This document shows, one piece after another, positions 50,209-62,510 of a DNA stretch of 64,000 bases. The translations under genes were made by a program, and so were the position numbers. The number at the start of each line of letters is the position of its first letter. Position 1 is the first letter of the stretch. The notes beneath the pieces were generated by a model. That model was not told the DNA's origin and did not search any database. It saw only the letters and a program-made list of their open reading frames with translations. Origin of the DNA: Mytilus californianus (lineage: Eukaryota); NCBI RefSeq assembly GCF_021869535.1, contig NW_026262637.1, forward strand, positions 9,858,001 to 9,922,000, written 5' to 3'.

Positions 50209-52930
50209 ATGTCTGTTGTGGACACTTGTTTTAGAGCTTTCATCTTGCTTATAATCGGTGAGTTTTTTTTTCTGAAATGAATATGTAAGCAGTGTTTGTT
50301 TTCTATTTTCCTTTTAAAATCCAATTCAGTTGTGGTCTTTGAACTGTCGTGTTAACCAACATTATAATACATGAATTTATAACTTCATCGTTACTATAAC
50401 TTAGTTAAATCAATAATTTAAAAAGCAAGCATAATTGTAATTGTCAGAACATTTATAGTTTACTCACAAAACAATTACATAGAAAATGTCAAACAGTTTG
50501 AATGATGAATTTTAGTGACAATGAAAAACAAAAATGGTTTATTTTTAATGAATTATTGTAGGTATTAGCCATGCGTCGACTACGTGCAGTCCGAATATGT
50601 ATTCAATATCCATATATGTTGATTATTCCAAGAGAAATTTGACAGAAATACCAAGAAATATTTCACGTAACAGTACAATGTTAGATTTTCACATGAATAT
50701 TATAACTGACATTCCACCAAATATTTTCCGGAACATGTCGGACGTCACATGGATAGATTTGTCCCAGAATTGGTTGAACCGAATTCGAAACGAATCTTTT
50801 GTTGGCCTAAACAACTTAATAGCGCTTAACGTCAGTCATAATCACCTGCACATGTCAGACCTTGAACACAATGCGTTTGTTCCTATACAACAGTTGAGGA
50901 TTCTGCGAATTGATCATTTAAGGTTTCCAGTTAGGGGTAAGTTTCCAGAGCAACTGGTTAACCTTAAACAACTTGAAATCTTGGAACTAGCCGCTTTCAT
51001 TGGTATGAAATTTGATGACAGATTTTACTCCTGGACATGTTTGCATACATTCATCTCAAAAAGTTCATATGGGCTTCACTTGCAAAATGATACGTTTGAA
51101 GGTCTAGCAAACTCCCCACTAAGGATTCTTACCATAAAGATTAAACAAGCTGACGCTGATGCTTTGGAAAATCTTCCAAGTTTACAAATTGTAAATTTAT
51201 ATTTTGGAGTTGCAACATTGCAAGATACCATTGAAAATTCGTTTAAAATGGTGTCAAAGTTCACAACTTTGACTAAAATACTGATGCAGAGAGTCAACGC
51301 TAGAGCATACATCTTTATCATAACTGGTAAATATCTGCATTATTTCGAAAACATATGTCTAAATGAACTTGTGTTTAGACATATGTATTTCTCAGATATC
51401 GATGGTCAAAGCTTTGTGAGATTTGCTGAAAGATCTGTTTGCCTTGAAAGTCTGGAGGTTTCTGGAAATATTGGTTCTCCATGGATAACATTTTTAGTCT
51501 TATTTAAAAAATTGAAACATCTCAAACTATCATCGATCGAAAACCGTGCTTTGTTAAAACAAGTGCGCATGCTCCCTGCAATGACTATCAGCTTGCCAAA
51601 AACCTTAGAAAGCATCGATTTACAAGGAATCAATCTTAAAATGCCGTTACCAAATATTACATTTACAAACGGAGATAATGTTTGGTTCCTCACCTGTAGA
51701 GCTTTCACCTTAATTCAATGTAACGGTTACGTAAATGGTTTGAAGAATTTACGTTATCTAGATGTTTCAGAAAATCGTTGCGGTAATTTGATTAATGAGT
51801 ATATTTTTCAAGGTTTTCCGAAACTCGAGTTTTTAATAGCAACACATTCCGACCTTGGGACTGCTTTCAGAAATAATAACAGATTGGATATTTTACTAAA
51901 ACCGCTAAAAAATCTCCAACATTTAGATATATCTTATAACAATTTAAGAAATGCTGACATTGCCAATTTAAACGTGAAGAGTCAAAATAATGTATTACAG
52001 TCCTTCAATGGTTCAAACAATGCTTTTAATCAAGTTCCGTCCTTTTTCCGACATTTCAGAAATTTATCTTTTATTGATATTTCCTACAATAATTTTTCTA
52101 CTTTCAACCGTGACGAAAGAGATATTATTGACTCTGTGGTTGGTAGGGCAAAACTGGGTTTGGTAGGTAATCCCTTTAAATGTTCGTGTTCGAATCTAGA
52201 TTTTCTAAAATGGGCAAAACAAACAAAAGCTAGTTATTTCGGACATCTTTATTGTCAACTGGAAAGCGGTGAAAACACAACATTTTCTGATCTTTTTATA
52301 TATCTTGATCGTTTTGAAAACCATTGCCATGACAAGATATGGCTGATATTTTCGTTATCATTCACTACACTTGTTGTAATAATGATAGTATTCGTTGTGA
52401 TATATCTTCGTTACAAATCTGCATTTCAATATTTTTGTCTCAGAATTAAACTAAGGTTAAAACGATACGAGGAACTGGACGGTGATCCGTACCTTTACGA
52501 TGTCTTTATATGTTACAACCATAACGATGTTCCCTGGGTTGTAAATTTCAATCGCAAACTTACTTCTGAAAACTTCAAGACGTGCCTTGACGCTAAAGAT
52601 TTTATTGCTGGAGAGGACATTGCTGAAAACATTTTACGTGCTATTGATAGTAGCAGGAAAATTATCTTTATTATCACCGAACATTTTCTCCAGAGTACCT
52701 GGGGTCACTACGAAATGGAATTAACACGGATGCATGCTTTCCAGGAGGGGCGGGACAACATGGTCATTGTGATTATGAAGGATGACCTACCGATTCATAA
52801 AATGCCTAAAGTCCTGAAAAGATTTTGGTATAAAGTTACATGTATAAAGTGGTATGATCGTGGAATTCAACCATTTCAAACAGAAGACATATTTTATGAA
52901 AATGTTTTCAGTTCACTTTCAATCGCATAA
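50209..52930 (+). CDS. Toll-like receptor (LRR ectodomain, single juxtamembrane Cys cluster, TM, TIR); exons 50209-50257 and 50562-52930, about 805 aa
   Basis: The 777-aa ORF has LRRs (e.g. LDFHMNIITDI, IDLSQNWLNRI, LDISYNNL), LRRCT GNPFKCSC, TM IWLIFSLSFTTLVVIMIVFVVIYL and TIR (YDVFICYN...DFIAGEDI...SRKIIFIITEHF...W). An upstream phase-1 exon adds the signal peptide MSVVDTCFRAFILLIIG (G|gtgagt ... ttgtag|GT). Confidence 0.93.
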
Positions 52931-55719
52931 ATTCTAACTGGATTGTTCGGAATAATGGTTGCCTTGCGAGAATACAACTTTACAATGTTTTAGATCTCCT
53001 ACGTCGCATGAAATATTAAATAACGTATAATTGTTACATTTATTAGTTAAACATGAGTTATTCAGTATATAACTAAGTATGTTTGATTACCCTCTTATAA
53101 CATCATTATCATATAAATAAAATAGAATATAAAAATTTCTTCTTTTCGTGATTCAGATCTTAGTGTTCGGTACGTATTTACAACAATAAGAACAATAAGA
53201 CAAGAATGAAGAAAAAATAACGCATCAACAAACGTACTTCAATACTTAGACAATTTTCTATACAATATATCAAGCTCTAAATCCCCAAGAGTATAGGTCA
53301 GTATAAAATCGTTAGCTTTTATCAGTATTTGTCTTTATCAGCATAACTATTTTAAACCGGAAGCGTTAGATGTTGGTATGAAACACTCATATACAGGACT
53401 CAAATGTTGAACTGATAACCATATTTCAAACATAACACCTGTTGTTGATCGGGAAGTACGGCTCTTGAAAATTCCAAACCGGATACACTTGTCATGATCA
53501 GTTTTGATTCAATATCAGTTTCAGTTTCCTTTTGCAAAAGTTTTTTGATTTGGGATATTCGAGTTTAGTGATAATACATATGTTCGATTTACCTAGTATG
53601 TTGTTTATAATTTACTAAATAATGCTGTTGCTAAAGGACCCCAAAGCAGAAAGGACGCCTTCATTTACTTGTTGGGACTAAATCTATTCAAGTCTTTACT
53701 AATTTAATCACTTACCCTAAAATTAATGCTTTACCACACCTGACCCTAACAATAACCTTAGCAATAGATCTAAAACCTAACCCCAACCTCCAACTGAACC
53801 CTAACCTTGAAGAATACGGCCCTTCATATAAATAAAGGCCGAAAAAATGGTACACCAGTGAAACATTTAAAACGTTAAATCTCATGATGGATAATTGTAA
53901 TCGTGTTTTCCATTAATTGGTGCAGTTGTTTCAGAAGATTTTTTTTACCAAAAGAACAAAAATGTATAATGTTATAGTATTTCACATCAATTATTTGGTC
54001 TTTTCCAGAGTGACATTTCCTAAAATCTGAAGTTTTTCATATAATTCGGTGGCGGATCCTAGGGGAAAAGGGGGGAGGGGTCCGGGGGTTCGACCCCCCT
54101 CTTTTTGTTTGACAACTAATGCTTTTGTATGGGGACACATGATTGGATCCCCTTTCTATTTATATGACTTGCATGTGTTGGAACCCCCTTTTAAAAATGG
54201 TTTGATACGAAATATACTAACAATCAATCTAACACAGAGTCCGTTATCTTTTTTTTTTATCTTCATATCTTTCTTTTGTTTAGGTATTGTATTTTTCCGT
54301 CCGCTCTTTTTAAAGAATTAACATGTCTTAGTCCGTACGGTGTGTGCTCTGTGCAATATATATTACAACTCAAGTTTGAATGAGCATTTCAATTACTGCA
54401 AAAACTGTAAAGTCACGAATGTCGTTATCATAAATTGATAAAAACAAAATTTAGTGAATTTTATCATAAATTTATAGGTTACAGATAAATAATGACGTGT
54501 CCGTCTGACCTTTCTTTCACTGATTCAAGTTTAACAATGAACACATAAGCTTACAAACACGGAAACTATAAAGAATCAAAAGATATTGATTATATTCAAT
54601 GCAGACAGCAATCCAACGATACAAATGACAGGAAAAAAGTCAAGGTGAAAATACAAACTCAAGTTCATGCAAACATTGACATACTATAAAGGACGCAAAC
54701 ATAAAAATTTTAAAAAAAATGTCCGCAATAGTTAAGTTTAAAATAAAACTAGGAATGAGACAGGCTGACAAACAAATATAAAAGAAAAGATCGTACGAAC
54801 AATGAAAACAACGCAACTAGACAAACATATTTTTTTATTTCCTATAGTTAATTCTCCTTTTTAGGATGGTGACAATATTCGTAATTTATATTCAAGGATT
54901 TCGTAACCACAAACATTACTCGAAACCTTTGCTGTATTCTTTCGTAGATATAGGGAGTCTGATTTTGAAGTTTTGCTGTACCTGTAGAAAACTGATTACA
55001 AACGGGATAGCGCATCCTAATTTTTACGGTGATGTTGGTTACCAAGCTCGATAATTTAGATACGATCCGGGTAAAGTTATCGATCCTTTAAATAAACTAT
55101 TCTAAAAAGTTAGAAATTTAACCTTGTGATTAGATCTATGAACATTGTTCGTTTAGTCAATTAAGCCTTTTGCAACTGATTTTTATAGTTTGTTCTTATG
55201 TTGTGATGTTACACCACTGTCTCAGGTAGGAGAGGTTTGGGTGCCCAAAAACATGTTAAATCCAGCCACATTCTAAATGTGCATTTCCCCAGCTTATGTC
55301 AGGAGCCAGAAATGTATTTGTTGCAGTATCGTATTTGTTTTTCGTTTATTGTTTTAACAATTTGTTCTTGTGTTGTTCTGTTACACCACTGTCCAAGGTT
55401 AAGGGGAGGGTTGGGCGCCATGTAAAATGTTTAACCCCGCCGCAATCTGTATGTGCCTGTCTCAAGTCCGGAGCCTATAATTCAGTTGTTAATTATTGTT
55501 TGTTGCTGAATATCATATTTGTTTTCATTCATTGTTTACTTATCATGATTGAATTTATGTTGAAAGAGTGTAATATGGAGGTGGTACTATAAGTTTCGAA
55601 TAAAATTAATTTTGTCAATATATATAATCAGTGAAAATAAACCAGTCATGTAGAAAGTCATTTACAACTTACAATCATATTACCATTTAAAAAATACAGT
55701 TAACCTATTGCTTATGGTA

Positions 55720-56820
55720 TCCGAGAACAGACCTAATTTCGAAAATTGAACATCGACCAATGAACCATGAAAATGAGGTTAAGGTTAGATGAACTATGCC
55801 AGACAACATGTACATCATACAATCATTCCATACACCAACTAAAATTGCCATATTAGTTAGAGTATCTGCAAAACAAACATAACCATGACAACTTTACATA
55901 TACTAGTGAATCATAAATATGAGGTTAAGGTCAGATGAACCCTGCCAGACAGACATGTACACATAACAATCATTCCGTACACCAAGTATATTTGACCTAT
56001 TTCTTATAGTATTTGATAAACAGACAAAACAATGAAAAATTAACGTTGACAAATGAACCATTAAAAAGACGTCAAGTTCAAATGAATCCTGCCAGGACAT
56101 ATGAATACACGTTAAAATCATTTTATACACCAAATATAGTTGACCTATTGCTTATAGTATTTGACAAATAGACCTAATCACAAAAAATAACATTGACCAA
56201 TGAACCTTTAAATTGAAGTCAAGGTCAGATGAATCCTGCCAGAAGGACATATACACGTTACAATCATTCTATACACCAAATATAGTTGATCTATTGATTA
56301 TAGTATCTGACAAAAAGAATCAATCACAAAAAATAATATTGACTAATGAACCATGAAAATGAGATCAAGGTCAGATGAAACCTATCAGTCAGACATGTAC
56401 GCGTTGCAATCATTCCATTCACCAATTATAGTTGACCTATTCCTTATAGTACCTGAGATATGGACTTTACCACGTAAATTAAACTTAACCTTGATTACTG
56501 ATTCATGAAATGAGATCAGGGTGAGTGAACCCTGTCTGACAGACATAAAGACCTTGCAAGAAACCCACATTTATATATCAAAAACACGTATCCTATTATT
56601 CATAATATGTGAGTAATTCACATGGTAAAAAAAAATTTAAAAGCAGTCGCTTAACCATGATGACAGGGACAATGGACATATGAGACTGAAAAATTGTAAC
56701 AGAAAGCATCTCCATACAAGGTTTGAAGCATCCAGGCATTCTACCTTCTGAAATATAAAGCTTTAAACAAATAGTCGCCGCCGGATTGTAATCCTTGTGT
56801 CTCACATTCTATCGGCGACG
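55720..56820 (+). mobile_element. Element carrying about 6 tandem units of about 147 bp (Helentron/HINE-like satellite carrier)
   Basis: atgaaccatgaaaatgaggtcaaggtcagatgaacc recurs at about 55760, 55908, 56052, 56200, 56346 and 56500; 3' end gtcgccgccggat...cggcgacgaaaag. Confidence 0.7.
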
Positions 56821-57164
56821 AAAAGAAAAAAAAACAACCATCAAAGAAACAATAATGCAACAAATGTCCATCGGTAACACACAAAGTACTCTGTATAAAT
56901 ATGAGTTGATGAAATTTGGAATAAACTAGGATGTGTAGTGTGTGGAACTGAAATATGACCTTTCAAGTGCAAATCAAACAGCTAAATTTTTAGAATTTTA
57001 TTAAGAAGAAACACTTTGAAATATAATATATTACATATAACCACAAACAATCGTTTTATATCAATGCTTTGTATTTAAAACAATCTTTTATGAACTTACA
57101 AATCGAAAAATATTAAAAAATTTTAATTAAAAAGGTACTTTGTTTTACTTGAACATTCGTTCTG

Positions 57165-57420
57165 TCACATGAAATTCATAACTTTGTGAGTGTGTGTGTG
57201 TATGTGCTTTTGAAACATGTAAATCATAACTCTCTGTGTGGGTGTTTTTGAAACATGTAAATCATAAAACTCCGTGTATGTGTTTTTTATACATGTAAAT
57301 CATAATTGTTCATGTGTGTGTTTTTAACATATAAATTCCAACCGTCGGTGTATGTTTTTTTGTAACATGTAAATCATAATTATCCGTATGTGTGTTTTGT
57401 TACATGTAGAGTTATAACCA
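57165..57420. repeat. About 38-39-bp tandem repeat, 6-7 copies, in probable TNF 3' UTR
   Basis: aaacatgtaaatcataa...gtgtgtgttttt units; starts about 20 nt after the TNF stop; minus-strand AATAAA at 57002-56997. Confidence 0.8.
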
Positions 57421-57437
57421 GTACGTACTTTCTCCTA

Positions 57438-60400
57438 TTAAATCAAATGTATTCCAAAAACATTCTTTGGTGGACTTGAAGCATATGAAATGTTCGCTAC
57501 TTTAACATAAATTTCTTCTCCTGCCTCAAGATGAATATCTGCGGAGATGTACGTATCATATCTGGAAAATATTGAGTTTTCCGATCTCTCATATGGGTGG
57601 TGGGTACACATCACTTCCTTCTCGCCACCTTTCTTTTCTTTAATGTTTGATTTATATATTGAATGAATTAAACATGGACTCTTTGACAGTACATTGATTG
57701 TATTTTGTGTTGTATTCCGGATAAACTGGTAGTTAAAGTCCACGGCACTATATACATGATAATATCCGCTGACAGGAACACGGACACGGCCATTGTTTAA
57801 TGTTACACCATTTAACAGCAAACAGTTGTTTCCCCTATACCACTTCCTGATTGGGAGAATGTTTTTGCTTATTTCATCTAGAGAGAGAGATGCATAAGTG
57901 TTATTGAAATAAAAGTACTATTCTATATGAACATGTATATATACACTCAGTGCAACAAAGAAACTTTACACACTGAATTAATGTTTACATATACTCAAAA
58001 CTAAAGTGGTAAAAGAGAGGCGAAAGATACCAAAAGAGACATTCATAAATAGGAATATTGGTAAATTGGCAATTCTCGAAAAGAAATAATTCTTACAATG
58101 CTTACGAACATTAACTTTATTAAGATATATGTTTGTGTTATTAAAACTATATATGGACTTACACGTTATAACATATAAATAAATATTGAATTCATTCACA
58201 TCTATGTGGTAAATTAAGTAAAAGTATCTTGTCCTCTCTTATATCTCACTGAATCTATTTTTAAACGGCAGATAAGTTGAAAAAGATTGGTTGATTGCTA
58301 GACGAAATCATAAATTCGGGAGGTTTCAAAGAAAAACATGAAATCCTGTAGTTCGTACACTAACCTGTGGCTGGCATGTCTCGGTCCTCTCCGATCAAAT
58401 GTGCAACTGGTTTCACATCTCCTATATAACCTTTGTGGATCTTAACTATAAAATACATTACACTTTACTCTATAAAAATTCAAAAAGAAAATGCAATGTT
58501 GATAGTTTTTTTTTTTTTATGAAGATTATATCTTTACAAAAAGTATGAGGATTTTCTAACCTTTGAATGTACCCGAGTACCTTGGAGTTTTTATCTTATT
58601 TTCTACAGCACTTAAGGTACCTCCAAATATGTTTATCATTTGACAGCAAAGAGATAGTCGAGTATCTAAATTGTTTTACATGAAAGGACAACGTTCACGT
58701 TTGGCCAAATATGGTCTTGAATTTCAAATCTATCATAACATTTCAAAATGGCCATGATTTGGTTCTTAAATAGGCCTATTTTAAAAACCTTACTTCTTTG
58801 TTAAAATAAAACTCTGCATAAGAGAGCATTCTTGATCAAAATCAGCACATTTAGGATAAATTGTCAAAATACGATGATTTTGTACATTTTTCGGACCTAA
58901 AAGTTTGAGGAAACCCATCGCCGAAGCCTAGGATCCAAAAGTTTCTGTTAACAAAAGTTGCCAATGATGATATTGAATCCCTAGACACAAAAACTTTCTG
59001 GATCATGGGTGGCGGCCAAGGTGAATTATGCTAAAAACTGATAAGAATTATTGAAAATTTGACAAACACTGAGGTTACAACACAAACAATGCAAAATAAA
59101 GGAGTCAATACTTCGTCAGTTTAAATGTGATGTGCCAACATGAAGTTATTTTGTATTATCACAACTACTTCTATGTGAACATTGTAATATTTTGGCCTGA
59201 TTAAAAAAATATCAAAATCTTAGGGCCACTTTTAACCCTTCGTGATTTTATTCCTTTATTTGTATAATTTACTGCAGTAGCAATGTTTTTCTTTTCTCTT
59301 ACAATATTGTTCTTTATTGCCTTTCTTTCCATCATTTCACCAGCAGTGTTTCTCATAGCTTTTGCGGAACAAAGGAGAATAAAACGTATTTATCATTCAA
59401 CATGAAGAAATCTATTTTAATTGACGTAAAATTTGGGAGTCAATCAAGTGGTATATTAGGAGAGAATTGGTCAAAATAGCAGTGACTAAAATATAACTCC
59501 AATACCCTCATCAAAGACTGTTGAATATTCTCTTTGGACAGCTGTTGACATCATTAAAGTGCTTGATATATTAAAGGAAACGAGACTGACAAAAATATAC
59601 ATCTACTTTTACCAGGAAATGTAATTATCATGTTAAACGTAATAGTTAACGTACCAACTGTTCTTTCAAACATCGCTGTATATTCGGAAGAAATCTCAGT
59701 ATGTTTTTCATCGAAGGTCTGCAAATCGATAAAAATTATATTAAAATTATTGTAATGGTTGATCCATTGGTTGATCAAAGATAATACTTTTCAAAAAGAA
59801 TATTTCAAATTATGATTATAATTGCTGCCACAGGTACGTAGACATATATATGCATGCTATTTAACATTCCCGTTGATTGCTGCCACAGGTACGTAGACCT
59901 ATATATGCCTGCTGTTTAACATTCCCGTTGATTGCTGCCACAGGTACGTAGACATATGTATATGCATGCTGTTTAACATTCCCGTTGATTGCTGCCACAG
60001 GTACGTAGACATATGTATATGCATGCTATTTAACATTCCCGTTGATTGCTGCCACAGGTACGTAGACATATATATGCATGCTATTTAACATTCCCGTTGC
60101 TATGTCAGAAAATCATACAGCACATAATACACATATTTCAATTTAACAAAATCATTCACTATCGGTAATCAATATTTACCTGCTTACAATGTTCTAAAAA
60201 TAACTTGCCCCACTTAATGTTAAGTGTACTTCCTAGTAAACAAACAAGCACACACTTACCTTTTCCATGTAGTTTTGTAGAATTACATCTCGGCAACCAC
60301 AACATATACCACTAGGATCGGTCGTGCACTGCAGGCACATATAACCACAGTCTTCCCCTGGGGTACGGGGCGCTGGCATCACCCATAAAATGATTAAAAC

Positions 60401-60493
60401 TATTATTAAGATAACTACGTCTGCTGTAAAAACTAACAAAGTTATTCCTTTTGTCCTGTTCTTCAAAACCTTCTGAAGTTTAGAAGGCGGCAT
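57438..60493 (-). CDS. TNF-superfamily ligand (type II membrane protein); exons 60493-60260, 59718-59655, 58421-58365, 57877-57438, about 264 aa
   Basis: Exon 1 encodes a TM (ITLLVFTADVVILIIVLIILWV) and ends AAG|gtaagt. Phases chain 0,1,1. Exon 3 has DVKPVAHLIG (TNF strand A). Exon 4 has IRKW...NGVTLNNGRVRVPVSGYYHVYSAVDF...IHLEAGEEIYVKV...NVFGIHLI-stop, the TNF homology domain pattern. Confidence 0.88.
59821..60099. repeat. 55-57-bp minisatellite, 5 copies, TNF intron 1
   Basis: attgctgccacaggtacgtagacatatatatgcatgctatttaacattcccgttg at 59821, 59876, 59931, 59988, 60045. Confidence 0.95.
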
Positions 60494-60791
60494 TGTGTCA
60501 CATAAACTCAGATTGTCAATGCAAATAAAATTCTTCTTTCAGTAATTTTTTTACTTTTGCTTTGAAAAATCACTATCACTTTCTTAATCAAGTTTTGAAG
60601 TCGATGTTGCAATTAACATACTTTTCAACAGCAAACTTAGCCTACTGCAAAAAAGCAGCACTGCAAAATCTGCCTTAAACAATGGTTACTATATTCCACA
60701 GGTTCAATGGCTCCATAGCCTTGATAGCCACATTCAAAATAGTTTGTAACAAATAAAGCGTACGCATGCGTGGTCTATATAATATTAAATG

Positions 60792-60807
60792 TTTTACTTT
60801 CACTTTC
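60792..60807. promoter_or_regulatory. IRF-E/ISRE-like motif upstream of TNF ligand gene
   Basis: TTTTACTTTCACTTTC (tandem GAAAGT on the minus strand), about 300 bp upstream of the ATG and next to a minus-strand TATATAG at about 60775-60781. Confidence 0.45.
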
Positions 60808-62470
60808 CAAAAGAGAAACCAAAATCATGAGTTGTTCAAAATAAGTATAATGGGTATCTGATAAACCGTTTAGTTTCATTTACTAAAGTAACACACCGGG
60901 AACTATTCAATGATATGTTATTTTGGCAATGCATGTGATTTAAATGACGTACACCCAATGAGCGCGGTTCTTGTTACTGAAAATACCCAATATTACATGA
61001 AAAATCACAAAAACCTCGAGACAAAAACAGACTGCTTATTTCAAGAGAATATCCAATTCAAAGAGTAACAAACTAAAACTAATAATGTGACTTTAAATTT
61101 ATTTATATACAAACATGATTTCCTTTAATGAAATTCTAAACTGACCACAACTTGTTATATTTGATTTTATCAAATATGACAGTTTATTTTCTTTAGAATT
61201 CCTCAACCTACTTGACTGATTGAAAAGGTGACATTCCTTTACGATGTATGAATGGTTAAATTATTTCTTTTATTAGATTTGATGCAATCCAAAATTGTCA
61301 GAATAATTGGGATGAACAAAATAAAACCAACGATTCACAATAATTCAGTAAGACTAGTATGCATCTAAAGAAAAAATAAGACAAAAAAGGAAAACAATAC
61401 GAAACCGATTAGCGTACACACGACGCAAGGTACTAGAACAATAAACCTTAATTAAATCGGGGATTTATGTACACTCGACCAGATAAGCTCCTATAAAGTT
61501 TGGAAAGCCAACAATATATATAAACAACGGCAATTCTATTCGTTAATAGTGATATTAACAAACACACGTTGAAGACCCATTGGTGGCCTTCGGCTGTAGT
61601 CTGCTCTTTGGTCGGGTTGTTGTCTCTTTGACACATTCCCCATTTCCATTATCAATTTTACATACTGGTGGTATTTCCTAGAGCAAGTCGCGTGTTTATA
61701 ACTCAGTTTTATCAAGTTTATTAACCCAACGAAAAAAACATTTGAGAGAAATAATTCAGATGTCGAAAACTGTCCACATGGCCTTATAAAAACTACAACT
61801 TAAGATTAAGTACAATTACAATAGTTACTGACACAAATGAATCGCTTAATCCAAGCTTGTTCTTAAGTCCTGGATTCTATGCGGCCAGTAACACGTGGGA
61901 CCGAAAGTCCACCTCCGCACAAAGTACAATCTTACTTTAGTCTATTCATTCAATAGTTGATATTATTATACTTCATGTCAAAATGCCAGATTTTGATTGG
62001 TTAATACGAGAGAGACAATTTACTCTATCCCATGGCAAATACTCTATTACCCTCCACGGAGACGCTTGCACAAGTTTGTGCTTTAATAAATACGGATGAT
62101 TGTTATGTACAAGACGACATAGTTTATTACTATGAATTTGAAATTTAATAGACAGTAATAACAGAACATTCAGTATAATAAATAAAATAACACATATCTG
62201 AGAGGATGATAGAGCAGATTGTTACCCCTCGAAAAGACATTGTCAACCTTGGCTTCGCCTCAGTTGACAATGTTTTCTCGGGGTAACAATCTACTCTATC
62301 ACCCTCTCAGCTATGTGTTATTTATATAATGATATTGCCATAAATATGGATTAACAACTTTGTGGAAATATATCTTTTTCTTGTAATATAAATATTACTT
62401 TTTTAAAATTAGTTCAAAGATATCTCAAAGACTAAAGACAAAATAAAAATAACACTATATAAATTTCATG

Positions 62471-62510
62471 CGTTCAAATCGCTTTTCTGGATTTACCTTC
62501 ATCAGGAACG
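62471..62510 (-). ncRNA. Minimal type I hammerhead-like motif at the start of a retrozyme-like monomer (62470-62700)
   Basis: Minus strand: cgttc-CTGATGA-A GG TAAAT CC A-GAAA-AGCGA-TTT-gaacg; stem I is perfect, the base of stem II is atypical. Confidence 0.55.

Noticed and set aside
59303-59358. Possible extra TNF stalk exon (AMRNTAGEMMERKAIKNNI)
   Set aside because: The acceptor is a weak AAG and the best donor is phase 0, which is incompatible with the next phase-1 exon. Exon 2 already joins exon 3 in frame. An 18-nt microexon variant is possible but unsupported.
59821-60099. Regular repeats resembling a CRISPR array (also 40903-41044 and 55720-56560)
   Set aside because: The units are contiguous with no unique spacers, there are no cas genes, and the context is eukaryotic.
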